DNA from: Vicugna vicugna
Lineage: Eukaryota
DNA length: 64,000 nucleotides
Reading direction: 5' to 3'
Assembly: GCA_013265495.1 (NCBI GenBank)
Contig: MU061579.1
Location: 2,105,319 to 2,169,318 of the forward strand
Part shown: in pieces, positions 12,831 through 25,715 of the stretch
Layout: every line of letters starts with the position of its first letter
Position numbering within the stretch: position 1 is the stretch's first letter
The notes under the pieces: generated by a model
The model's database searches: none
What the model was told of the DNA's origin: nothing
The model's input: the letters and a program-made list of their open reading frames with translations, nothing else
Program-made: the position numbers and the translations under genes

Positions 12831-15800
12831 CCTGGAGTACCCGCTTCTACACCGCGCTTATTTCTTATGCAATTACATGCAACACAGACTTCTATCTAAG
12901 GTGAAAAGTCTTAGACATACATGTTCAAGAGATAGTGTGATATAAATATATCATAAAATGGAATTCAGAGGCAACTGGATTACATTTGTATGTTAGTCTC
13001 TCATGCCACTTAACCTCCCAGAACTGCAGTCAGCATCCTTGGAATGGGATGCTTGGGAGGACGCGACATAAAAATTGTGAATTATGTAAATACCCAATCA
13101 TTACGTGTGGCTTTGTTCTTAACAGTTTTATATTTCTTAAGAATAGTGTTCGTTTTTTCCCTCTGAGGAAATAGGAAACATTATAACCAATAGTATAAAA
13201 AGGCCATTTACTAATGCTTATTAATTATCTTAAATATGAATGAAAAAATAAAGACATAAACTGGGCCAATGTGTAATAAAACTATAAGAGCTGAAGTTTT
13301 TCTAGGGCAAGACTCTCACTGCATCGTTTGTTCATAGGAGCTTATTTGTCAAAAGTTATTTACTCTTCTTTTCCCTTGCTTCCTGAATGCGTGATATGAA
13401 CGTCTTCTTTTATTTTAGTTCTATCTCAGTTGATTAAAGAAAAAGGACTCCCTTTGCTTTTAATACTGCTGAATATCTGAAGATCAATTGCAGCTATTAA
13501 ATTAAAATAGTTTACCCCTCGAGGACTTTCAAAGACCAAAGAAAATATTATTTTAAATGGAAAGCATTAGTCTTCTATTATTACTGTCTTGGACTGGATT
13601 GCATTAGATCTTCAGATTAAGGCAGCAAGCGCTTTGAAAATGTAAAGCCAGTTGTAAGATGTGGAATGAAAATAAACATGGAGTCAAACAAACATTTTAT
13701 TTATCTTGATTTTTATAAACCAAACCAACTTATTGGATTTGTATCTATGTATCATTAGAGTGAGTCTACGTACAATCCTAATGTTCCAAACTTGATTAAT
13801 CACCCTAATGAGAAGGGCATGGATAAATGGTAAATAGTAATTTGAATATATTATATTTGGCTTAAAATGAGTGTATTATTTTTAAATCTTTATTTTCCAA
13901 TCCTGAGTGTATAGTAATATGTCAATGAATAAAATATTTTAGAAGCATTCTGACAGAAAGTCAAACTAGAGTTAAAAGTTTTGCATAGATAATTCACTAC
14001 GCGATCTCTCCTATGTAGACAATCCAGTGTAAATTATTTAAATATCAAGGGCTCTCTTCCATTGTTCCTATAAAATCATCTGTCCATATATAAGATAAAC
14101 ATGGAAGCTTAGAAACTTCTCCTGATGTTGAGGCTACACTCATTAGCAGTCAATAAATCGCAGTGTTACATCAAGTACAGCTGTTGCCTCATGGGTATAG
14201 CCGTCTAGTCGGAAGTAGGAAATGAAATCCCAGGGTGCTCTGTTAGCCTGGGATTTCAGGATCCGTTTTGTTTTTGATCCCAGTATTTCTTAAATCCCTT
14301 TTCATTAATGATGAAATAGCGTCTCAATATCCAAAGCTGCCACTTGGAAAAAGAAGGAGGAAGATTACACGGCTCACACACTAGTTGTTTTTGTCCAAGT
14401 TTCTTCTTGCTTTCCTGTAAATACTGACTTGCACTTTGATAAATTCACACATTTTGAGCATAATTCACAGCATAACCTTTTACTATTTGGAATAAAAATG
14501 AAACTTCAAAACAAACGAAAAACAGCATTGAGTAACTGAAGAAAAAAAAAAGTGCTACCAAATGTATTCAGGAAACCTCACATAGTTCACTTCTAAGTCC
14601 TTACCAGCACCTGCTGTTTCTTATTTATCCATGACTCTACCAAATATGCTTATTTATTTTTCCACTCCTAACTTGGTTAAAGCAGCCAATTAGAATCTAA
14701 ATGAAGAGGCATTGGTACTACATATGCATTCTGGTATCAGAAGTGAATAGTACTCAACTGTAAGGAAGATATATGTATCCAAGAGAGACGTTTGTCTGGA
14801 TCCATAAAGTTACATGTACTTCGTTGCCTTCAGATGACGCTAGCTTAGGCAGCCTGATTGGTATTTATACTGATCTTACAGTCTTCATGTATCCTTTGTT
14901 TAAGAACGCAGGTCACCATGGAACACATTTTGGAAAATTTCCACCCAAGATGGTTGAATGTGTGTTGAATGGGTATTTTGCCATATAGATTTAATTTTTC
15001 AAAACATCAGTGAGCCATCCTTGTATCTAATTTTAAGTAAAGACTCAAGAATTTTGTATCACAAAGTGCCTATAGTTTATAATTGACCCTAACATGGTTA
15101 TCTATGCTTCAATGCCCTAGCAGTGCATGACTGTGGATTTTTTAAAGACGTAGAAGTAAACGTTACTGTTAAATCTTTATATGTCATTGAAATAAATGAA
15201 GTATGGGAATGAAATGTGTTAACCTTAAAATACTGGCCTTAAGGTTTCACCAAATCTTCAATGTTACTGCGATCCTAAGTCTACTAAAATGCACACAGCT
15301 GACCTGATTGACTGTTCAGTCTCTTATCTCATCTGTGTTCTTGCGTATATATTCCACTTGGGGAATGTTCTTTGTAATTAAGAAGAGTCACTTAAGGGAA
15401 AGGGGAGTAGGTCTGCAGACACTTAGAATGGATTCAGGTACCCAAGTCCAGGTAAGAAGGAAAGGAAAGTAACAAATATGTATTAAGGTGTCTCATTTCG
15501 TGCACATTTTTTTCTGAAAACTACCTTGAATGATAAAGTCACACTGTTGGTTAACGGACCTGGAAACCCTCCTACCTGGATATACAAATCCCATTTTGCC
15601 TCCTTAAATCTAAGAGCAGAAATGGCCTCTTATCAATGGCTTCTGGTGGCTTTTTGTCTAATGAGCAGACATTCTAGCCTGCAATAGAGGCTGTAAGTTG
15701 TCCTCATGGAGATTTTTCTTTATTATTCCTAACACTCTGGAATGGTTTTTTTTGGTCTTGGTTGTTAACATTCGGGACTACATCTTTAGGACCTGGTAAC

Positions 15801-16294
15801 TTTAGGAACCTTTAGAACCTCTTGTTCAAGGTCCTGCTGTTTCTGATTTTACACTTTTATGGGCTTCTCTTTGTACTTCTAGTGGAGACACTGGTGTGAA
15901 GAAATACTCTGTGAGCCAAGGGAATAAGTTTTTCACAACCACGTTTTCTAGACTCTACAATTGTTCAAATTTGAGAATCTGATTGGTAAACCTAGGACAC
16001 CAAGAAGAAAAATAATTTAAATATCTATGTGTGCAAACGTATTTTTTTATTTTTTTGCAACTTCTCTATAATTTTTAAACCCTTTGCTGTGTCCTCCAAC
16101 AAGTGTATGAGTGATGAAGGTGGGTTAGAGGGTGGAGTGTTTTAATAGTTGGGAGAGTTAAAGAAGGTATCAAAGGATTTGAGTCAATAATGACTTCATT
16201 TATTCAGGTTGATTAATTAGTACTTCCTCTCCCACCTGTTGTTAGTGGTTTGGTAGAAGGCAATCTGTTCCATGTAGACAATGCATCAGTTAGA

Positions 16295-16470
16295 GGGGTG
16301 GGCCAATTATCTAACCTGCATATTTATAATTGGGAGGGAGTGGGGAGGAGCCAAACTCCCTGGAGACAGGAAGGAACCAAATGACGCCTGTTAGGAGACA
16401 CTAGTGGGCTTGGAAAAGACGTCACAGGAAAGAGTGGCAGGGGACTCCATACCAGTGGGATCTTTCCCTT
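16295..16470. promoter_or_regulatory. Candidate promoter/enhancer motif cluster
   Basis: GGGGTGGG (KLF/SP) 16295, CCAAT 16303 and ATTGG 16329, TATTTATAA 16321, GGGGAGGAGC 16342, CAGGAAG 16367, TGACG 16382, GACGTCA 16418. Motif evidence only. Confidence 0.35.
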
Positions 16471-19197
16471 TACGTGTAGAGAAGAGAAGACACTGCTTCT
16501 CATGAAAAGCATCCCCCCTTAATTGTAAACTGTTACTTTGTTATAAGTTAGATCTAGTATTGCAACTATCAGAAATTTGAGAGAATGCTTATAAACAGTT
16601 TTTAAAAGGGCAACTAAAATTCAAATTTTGGTAACTGTATTTTTCTTTTGTAAGAATTCTTTCAAAATCTAAGATTTGATCTTTGTGATGTGCTAAATGA
16701 TAACAATACATGATTTGAAATTTTAATTTTAAGACAACTGCTTTACTGTGTGGAGGGAAAAACACATGTTTTTAAATTTATGTCACTGAGATACTGCTGT
16801 ATTTTAAAATATCATACGTGTTATTTTTAGAAGTACAATATTATGTAAAATCTCAGAGAGGATCAATTATATATATAAAATAATAAAACAATGGCTCATT
16901 TATATAGGAAAAAGCAAGAAGACAATCTCTTTTGTATTTTACGTATTTTTTTATAAAAATTACTAAGACAGATTTTCTAGAACGTTATATCTGATTCATT
17001 TGTATTATAGTTATTGCCATTTTCATCACATTCTCTTCAAATTACAATAGTTTAGAATTAATGCAATTTTATTTCAATTACAAACAGATGAATAAAATGT
17101 ACTATTTAGCAAAAAAGATGTTAAAAGATAGGTTTACAAATGGAAAAGAAATTTGTATACAATGTTTAATAATCTCAAATACTAAAATTTAAATTATTTA
17201 GTTAAATTTAAATAATAGTTAAATTAACATAAACATTTTTAAATGTTTGTTGGATGAATTTGGCCTATAATACATTGTTATTGGCATTAACCTGCATCTG
17301 ATACATTTTTGTAATGCCACATCAAGCTTTAAAATTAGTAATAGGCTGTAAATAACTTAGTCAGTACAAATTCCCATAGTAATAATGTGTGGCGACTGAA
17401 ATCCTATCAATATCTTTTCCCTGAGCAGCTAAACTCAGCATGATTTCACATTTAATGATACAATAGTAAGGTATGGATTTGTTAAAAGGAAAGATAAAGC
17501 ATGGTTTCTGAGTAGATAGTCTTTGTTCACTGTGTTGTCGGGTAAGAATTAGCAGTCTGCAGTCATCCACTTTAAACTATGATCTAATCAGAACTTAAGA
17601 GCTAAATAAGAACACAGATGATTAGCCCTTAGCTAGTAGGGACCCCTAGGGAAAACTTCAGTGCTACAGGAAGTGATGCTAATGATTTATCAAGTGGTAA
17701 ACTTGCCTCTGAGAACAGACTGAACTTGCAACTTCATAGCACAAGGTAGTGTCTATTGGATATTCCAGCCAACCTGAGACCTTTTGCCAGCAGAAGTCCA
17801 AGGTACATTTTTAAAAGAGAAAGAGATGATAACAAGAACTGGGAAGGTTTGTTCGTAAAAATTCGGACTCTGATGAAAATCTTCCTTTCACTGGGGCTAT
17901 GAATCTTCAGTAGCTCTGCCAACAGTCAGGAAACCCTTGGTCTCCTAGGGGTACTAAGTGAAAAAGGGTTTTAGAAGTTAAGTTAAACAGCCTTATCAGA
18001 TCTTCCTAGGAAGGCAGAATTTGGTATTTATCTTGCAACTTAGAACATTGAACTGGAAACTTGAGAGAATTAAACTTCTCAGAAAAATCTTAATGCCCAT
18101 CCACTGAAATACACATCAACAGAAAGGAAAACTGAAGCCCTGTGGAACTAAAAGCAGTAACGGAGCTGGCAAAATGCCAGTTTAAGTAACTCACCTCCTA
18201 TCCTACATTGTTAGAGTTTTATCAGTTGAAAATGATATCCACTTCCACTTCATTGGAGAAGGTTGTTTAATAATCTTTTAATCATCATTGTACCTTAACA
18301 ATATGATACTCAGAATCAGAAGGAGACAGAATACTTTTTAAAAAATAGTTTTTTTAATCTATTTTTGGATAAAATATTCTTAGTAGATGTGTGTGTGGCT
18401 GCTATTACGGTAAATCTAATGCCATACATTAGTTGACGAGCTTTTAAAGATCTAGCAAGAATACCTATTTCCATCTCTGAATTAATTGTTTGCTTCCACA
18501 ATTGAATATACATGTACTAAGTATACTGTCAATTGCAAGTAGTATGTTTACATCTTCAGCTGTCATTTGCTTAACGCTAGAAACCTCAGAACTTTAAAAA
18601 ATAAATTTATGCCACCAGAAGAAGGGCAGGTGAATGGCTTCAGCTGTGAAACATTTGGTTGCTTTTCAGCTTCCCCAGGAAGCCCCATTTGCAGAGGAGA
18701 TGTGAGCAGGAAGACAGACCTCAGTCAGCCTGAATCAGAGATTAACTCCTTGTAATCCCACGACACTTAGGCAGGAAATTGCTCTCGACACACATTGTGA
18801 CTGAATGACAGTTTTAGAATAGGAAGTTTTCAAATAAGAGAAAAGTTCCTTACAAACACGATTTTGCTGTTTTTCGATGTCAGTTAATTTATTTAACCAG
18901 ATGCTGGTGGGTATATATACATTTTCCATCTTACCCCTGACTTGATTTCCAGTTTCTGTTATTCTGCTCTTTCCTTTTAAATTTTTTTCCAATGCAAAAC
19001 ATTTAAATAGGCTGTCATATATACATTTATTAGAATTATCTTAATATCACTTATGTAAAAATTGATACGTCACATTAGATGATTCTATAACATAAAAAAC
19101 ACAAGTCACATATTAGCAACAACCTCCGCAGTCCAGGAACACCCCCATCAGTAGTACAAATTGCAAGCACATTTTAAAAAGAGGAAGATATTGTTTA

Positions 19198-19327
19198 TTT
19201 TTTAATAATTTTATTTTTACATTTTTTGTTTTCCCTTTTTTTTAATGGAGGTAATGGGGCCTGAACCCAGGACCTCATTCGTGTATGTTAAGCATGCACT
19301 CTATCATTGAGCTATACCCTCCACCAA
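19198..19327 (-). mobile_element. tRNA-derived camelid SINE (Vic-1-like) with TSD
   Basis: Reverse complement: GGAGGGTATAGCTCAATGATAGAGTGCATGCTTAACAT..GAGGTCCTGGGTTCAGGCCCC plus A-rich tail, with pol III A and B boxes. TSD is AAGATATTGTTTA (19185-19197) / AAGAAATTGTTTA (19328-19340). Confidence 0.85.
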
Positions 19328-20452
19328 AAGAAATTGTTTAGACGTTTAAACCAAGATAACTTTGACTAGACTAAATACATTCATTCATCAAGTGCAATAA
19401 ATTTAGCATAGTCAGTAATAACACAATTTTAGGTGCAGTTCACATGCTTTCAGAAATCTTCCAGTTCATCTCCCATGAAAATGTCTTTATACACACGCTG
19501 TTTTCATTTATATGCAGGTGCATCATATTTAAGACTGTTTCAGTTCGTGGTTAAGCGTGTTAATATATATTGTAAGGGAATGCCCGGCCAAACTTTAATC
19601 CCGATGATGACAAATTTTAACAATTAGAAAAAATCCTTCAAAGTATATTTTAATTTGTTTAATTGCAATGAATACTATTTCCTCTTACTAGACACTATCA
19701 AAATAAGTGATGAGAATTTAAATATTAACTCCAAAAGAATGGAGACTCAAACCTCCTAAAATATTAACAAGTATTTTAATTAACAATACAATCATTCTGT
19801 AGGTCAAAATGTGATTTCATATTTATTACCAAATGTAAAATACCAGTGATTTGAAATTAAGAATGAGGCTTAAAATATTTGAACTGAATTGTAAAATACA
19901 ATTTTAAAATGTGCAGTAACTTGCTTGTGACTATGTAATGGAATTTTTTCACAGTAATGTTATGTTAAAACACTAAATGATCAGAATAAGTAAACGTACC
20001 TTTACTGGCAAGAAAAGTGAAAAATTAAGGCCTTTTAATGCTATCTGTAATCACTACCTGAACTCAAATGTCAAATAGAGGTTACAGTGATGCTCTTGAA
20101 TATACAGTTGTGAGACAATCAGACCAAGCCCTAACCATTTCCAGCATTCTGTCTAGATGTGGTGGGTTGGGGGCTTAATTAAAATAGAGATACAGAGAAA
20201 TGCTCATTTAAAGATAATAAAGTTAACTAGCATTAGAGTTTGTGTAAAGAGTAGTAACTGAGTTGAGATGAAGCAACTAACAATGTGTTAAAGAGGTTAA
20301 AAATAATACTTTGAAGCATTGTAATCCCATGTGTCTTTTAAATCAACTTGAAACCTCTCTTAGAGAGACTTGTATTTAGCCACACAGCTATGGACAAACA
20401 GGTGATGATATTTGCTGTGAAAACAAATTGAAGCAAAGCATCATTTTAAACT

Positions 20453-20517
20453 AAATTTCTCAAATCAGGTTTCTTAAATCAAGTTTTTTTTTAAATCAAA
20501 TTTCTTAAATCAGGTTT
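20453..20517. repeat. Short degenerate tandem repeat, unit ~14 bp (ARRTTTCTTAAATC)
   Basis: aaatttctcaaatc aggtttcttaaatc aagtttttttttaaatc aaatttcttaaatc aggttt. Confidence 0.65.
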
Positions 20518-20799
20518 AGAAGAGAATGATAGTTTCAGGTGGGTTTAAGAAAATGTAGATTTTGTACAACAGAATCCATCTAATATTGATTAGCAATGGT
20601 TTTGTTTCCACTTCCATCCATTATTTAAAATAATTGGATCTGAGGAGCTACATGGATCAGGGTCAAATAAATGTTTTCATAGCAGTTATTGGCAGACAGT
20701 TCCCTTCTGAAAACTTTCCCCCGAATGGAAAGTATAATTTGCATCTAGTTAAGTATTGATGCGTCCAGTAGTGAGTTTTGATTTTTATGTATTTTTTTG

Positions 20800-20995
20800 A
20801 GACACGGCTTGCAGAGTTGCAGGCTGGTAGGCACCAGGATTTCCCGCACACGGCTGCCAGCGCCGAGCCACATCTGCCCGCGGCCCCCGCTGACTTGGCT
20901 GCAGCACATCCCCCCAGCCCCTGCCGCCAGATCAGGTGTGGAGATGCCGCTGAGCTGTCACTCCGCATGGTTTCCTGCAAGTCAGCTCTCTCGTT
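20800..20995. promoter_or_regulatory. Small GC/CpG-rich patch, candidate regulatory element
   Basis: About a dozen CpGs in ~200 bp within an AT-rich, CpG-depleted window. Contains E-boxes CATCTG and CAGGTG, and CTGTCA. No repeat recognised. Confidence 0.45.
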
Positions 20996-23974
20996 CCCAT
21001 CTGTGTTGATCTTCTTTCATGGCTTTTTTCACTGCTTGCCTGGCATGCATGTATTTGTCTGATAAGCCTCAATTTGGCTTTAAGACCTGCCTTACCAGGT
21101 TGTGGCTCAAAATGAAATTTCTCCTTGGGTGTGTTTTCCCTTTAGTTATACTTGTTACTTAATTCTTAACTTTGAGATGTTGCTGTTTGAAGACACACTC
21201 TATTAAGCTGCTTAGAGTCTTTTTCCACGTTGCCCATCCCATTTTGAGTGTCTTAAGCCATTAAGATCTACCATGTTGCAAGTTTTATTGGCTTTAAAGT
21301 TTAAATAACAGCAAAACGAGATGACTTAAGTATATAACGGCATTTTTTTCCCACTTGACTCTTCTCTTACATAATTCTTGTTAGCCAGGAGGTCACTTTT
21401 CAGCAGGAGTTTATTTGAATAGCTTTGGTTGTTAATATTCTGGTGAGCCACACTGCAGTCAGGGATAGATTACATACTGATATTTTTAGTCCATAAAGGG
21501 CTTTTCTATAGCTAAAGTTTATTTGTGCTTTGTACCATTAATTGGTGTTTTCAGCCATATTCTTGATTATGCAGCTAAAATTTAGTCTAAAGTGTCCAAT
21601 CCTGCAGGCTTTGTTCTTGCAAACCACCCCATGAATTTATTAAGAGTGGTATACTCGTAATGGCCACTGGCGCAGGCTTGGTGGATATTCTGAGTTGGAA
21701 AATGAAAGGGCGGATGATTCAAGTACCCCATGCTCTGATTAGAGGGCTGTGAACAGCTTCCTTCATTTACACATTAACATCATTTCATGCTCTGTTTTCA
21801 AACAAGGAATGTCTGTTCTAAAAGTAGATCCCTGAGATACTGCTAATGCACCAAGTTCCAGTTGTCCTTAGTTAAAATAGTCCATCAGGTTTTCTTTCCT
21901 TTCAAGAGATAAATCACTATAGCTTTCATGTATTTTGGCAGATTTCCTTAGTTATGGGATGGTGGTTTGAAATTGGCTTATGACTTCCTGCTTCTCAACA
22001 ATAAGAAATAGCGTTGAGTGTCTTAGCCCTGTTACCCAATGTGTTTGTTCTGGAAACTGGGGTGAAGTTAAATGGAAAGAGAAATATGAAACTCAGGTAG
22101 GAAGCGAGTGCTCAGTGATAGTGTACACTCTTCTTTCTTTATAGATTCATTCACCCTACAAATATTAATTGTGTGTCTGAATCATGCCAATTACTCTTCT
22201 AGCTTAAAACTTATTGTTAATGTTATAATCTGTGCTCCAAATGATTATAAACTAGAAGCTTGTCAAAATTCCTGTTAAAAACATAAGAGTGACATACAGC
22301 TTCCCCACTGAAAAATTGGAAAATTGAACAAAAGTTTCACTTAATAATTATCAAAAGATCGGATTGGTTATTGTTGAAATTATACAATGAACCACATTTT
22401 AAGGGGAAACAATAGTTCGTCTTCCATTTGTCTTTTAAAAAAAATCAGTATTCGCTTCAAGATTTATTACTAGAAAACTAGGCAAGGTACCAGCTTATAG
22501 GCTTACTTCATATCACTGTTATTTTTGCCATTGAATCTCATGAATGAGCAGGTGGCTTAGATCTGAGCTGTGACAATTTAAAGTATAAACACACAAAATA
22601 TGGGACTTCTCTGTTCTGGGAAGGTCATGTCATAAAACTTCTTTTCATTGGAAGCTAAAAATTCATTGACAAAATCAGTTACCTGAATGTCTTAAACAGG
22701 AATCATGCATTATTTGATCTCTTTATTGTCACCAGATGGAAAAAAAATCTCCTGTACTTCTTATACTTAATCTCTACTTATTTTGAACAATTTCAAAATT
22801 TTGTTCTAGCTACATAGAGCTGACTGTATTTGAACAGTCCTACCTCTGAACAATGACAATTGTTAAACCAGGATTTTAGTGAAACCTAGGAGTTTTTCTT
22901 CATTGTCAACAAAACAAAACAAAACTGTACACGTAAGCCCTTGCATTCTGGGACTCCATCCAAAAGCATTTAGCAATTTGGCTGTCCCCACCTTCAGAAA
23001 ACCTGTACTTTGGTTCTAGGGTCTGGGTACTGTGATGTACTCAGAGGATCCTAGCATTCACTACATTGTCAGGGAGGGTTTAGAAGTTGGTCAGTTTTAT
23101 GTTCCTGGCACCTAAAATCTGCATTTTCTTACTTGGGCCATTTGCTGTTCACAGGAGAGAATAGTGGGAAATTGTATTCATAAATGTGCCTTTCTTTTGT
23201 CTGTATTTTGCAAGAAGCCACACAGATTAAACATTTCAAGAAAATATCGGGTAGCCTCAGGATTTTAACTAATCTTATATTTTCTTTAATGACTGCAACT
23301 GTTAGGAATTATAAATAGAAAACTATTTTGTGTTTTGAATTGTATATATCTTTTCATTTTCTAAAATTCTTTATGACATTTTCTCATAAAATTATATAGC
23401 TAATGTTAAATTATAGAAACAGAAGGGGATTACGTGTGGCCTTTTCTTACAAACCTTTCTTAGATTAAGATTTTCTGTAACAAACTTGGTAACATGTTTT
23501 AATGCTAAAACCCAAACAAATGTATTTATTCATTTATTAGCACTCTTTAATTGCCGGTAAGAGAAATTAGCTCAAGGTGTATTATGCCAAAATGGAAGTA
23601 CATGGAACTTTTTATCAATGTATTGGAAGATCGGTACCACCAGTGCTTACCCTTTCTCCCTCTCCCTTCCTCCCTTTCTGTCTCTTCATCTCTCTTTTCT
23701 GTGCATCCACTTCTTTCTTCTTACACTGGAGACCATCTTTTTATCTTCTGCTATTCTAGGTGGTAAACCATGGCTGATAACTCCACAGTTCCTTAATTTG
23801 CATGCTACATGCCCATCTACCTGCAAGACTGGTCATTTTTCTGGGTACCAATTTCAAATGTCAGGAAGAGAAACTGTGGCTCTGCCTAGATTAAGGCTCT
23901 TTCAATCAGCTGTTCCCTGGAGGAGAAGGGTCATGAACAAGGTGTTCTAGAGAAGATAGATGCAGATACTATCA

Positions 23975-24255
23975 AATAATAATAACAATAATGGTAATAA
24001 ATAGACAAGTACTGTATGCCTGAATCTGTGCCTAAGTGTTTTATTTGCATCATCTCATGTAAATAACTATTCATAAAGCACTGTGCATTTAAAAAAGTGT
24101 TTTTGCTTGCATTATATCGTCAATCCTAACAATCACTTTATCAACTAAATGCTTTGATTTCTGTTTAATATTGAAAAAGCTTTTGCTGAAACTTAAGTGA
24201 GTTATTAAGTGACAGAATCAGATTTCAAACTATGTCTTCTGATTCTTCCTTCAGA
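23975..24255 (-). mobile_element. MIR SINE fragments
   Basis: (AAT)n tail, 'ctgtatgcc..ctgtgcctaagtgtttta..gcatcatctcat', 'aatcctaacaatcac', 'taagtgacagaatcagatttcaaac'. Confidence 0.6.
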
Positions 24256-24467
24256 GCTTTTTACACTTAAAAGCTACCTCCTTTCTGCAGGGTGTCAGCG
24301 ATACAAAATTTTGTGAAACATTGTAGTTAATCAGACCCAAGACTCCCACAGCCTTGTATTTGGTCTCTAATAATAGGACCCCTTACAATCATAGTTTCTT
24401 TTTTTTCTTATTCTTTTTTTTTTTTTTTTGGCTAACCCTTCTCTCTGATTTTTCCCTTAGCAAATGG

Positions 24468-24915
24468 ATTGCTTAAGAATGCATTTAGCTGCAAGTAATA
24501 AATTAACCACGCTTAACTGAAGGGTTGATTTTTCCCTTAGAACAAGTTTCAAGAAGCCACCAGTCAGCAGGATTCGCTGAGTTGTGATGCTGCTGTCCTG
24601 TGGCTCTGTCATCCTCAGTTGTTGGTTTTCCTTCTCATATTCCTGAGACAGTTGCTGCTTCTCCAGCCATTGTGTCCTTGTTTCAGATGAGGAGAAGGAA
24701 GAGGGACAAAAATAAAAAGAAAAACTTCCTTGACCCCATTTCCTTTCTATCCCGGGAAGGATTCCCTCCTCAAGGAGTTTTCTCAATATTTTATCGTCCA
24801 AAATTTTGCCACTCAGCGTCTCCTCGGAGAAAGCTAGATGGGAGTGTGGGTGTTTTTTCTTTTCAGTTTTGGTGGTGTGGAAGATGAGGGAGTGAGCCAA
24901 ACTAACCCTCTGCTT
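24468..24915 (-). mobile_element. Old MaLR LTR (MLT1K/L-like)
   Basis: 'tttagctgcaagtaata', 'ggctctgtcatcctcag', 'gttgctgcttctccagccattgtgtcc..ttcag' are typical of antisense MLT1J-L LTRs. Confidence 0.6.
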
Positions 24916-25189
24916 TAAGGGACCAGAAGTAGTCTTGGTACCACATGCCTGTTAAGTCTTCTCACACTGGCATGAGTCACTCAGATGTTTTCAGCATTTT
25001 CGTTGTTCAGTTGAATGACTCCAGTTTCCTCTAACTCTCTTAATAGGATGGCTTTCTAACTTTTCTCTGACTTTTAGAGCCCCTTCCAATGATTATTTTT
25101 TTAATCCATATCTCTACACATATCCAAGATGTTATAAACCTACCTAATCCCAAGAGGATATCTGAGAACCATCCTGTTCTCCCCATATC

Positions 25190-25305
25190 CCTTCTTTACA
25201 TTTCATAGATGAGACGTGGAGGCCTGGAGAGGCAAAGCTGCATAGCAAGTTAGTGAACCTAAACTAGGTTCCACATGTCTGGACTCTCAGGGCTCGCTTT
25301 TTCTA
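25190..25305 (-). mobile_element. MIR-family SINE fragment
   Basis: 'catttcatagatgagacgtggaggcctggagagg..catagcaagttagtg..tctggactctcag'. Confidence 0.65.
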
Positions 25306-25487
25306 AATATTACTAAATAATAAGTCTATATGTTCATATATGTTGAAATTTAGGAGCAAAATAAAATCACTGACATAGAAAGTGTTTATTACAGAAAAAA
25401 ACTCTTGAAATGACCACCCTGTAATTTCAATTCCACAGAGTGCTAGACGTTGACTAGTGAAATAGGAGGCAATCTCTAGTGTGTCAA

Positions 25488-25715
25488 GTCAGCAGATGTT
25501 TCCTGGGTGCCTGTTATGTTCCAGGCACAACAGAGGCCTTGGATACAGCAGTGAACATGGAAGAGGAAGTTTTGCCCTCAGTAAAGTTTACAAATATGCA
25601 TTGATTTTCATACACTAATCAAATATTTACTAAGGGCTTACTCTGTGTCTTGGACTGTTCTAAATACAGGATATACAGTTTATGACAAGAAAGACAGGAT
25701 TTGTATTCTTCTGAA
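25488..25715 (-). mobile_element. Two adjacent L2 3' ends
   Basis: 'tttcctgggtgcctgttatgttccaggcac..ggatacagcagtgaaca' and 'caaatatttactaagggcttactctgtgtcttggactgttcta'. Confidence 0.65.

Noticed and set aside
20453..20517. Short direct repeats as a CRISPR-like array
   Set aside because: There are no unique spacers and the context is mammalian; this is an ordinary degenerate tandem duplication.
24457..24900. Longest ORF (147 aa, - strand)
   Set aside because: It lies almost entirely within an old MaLR LTR and has no recognisable protein features.
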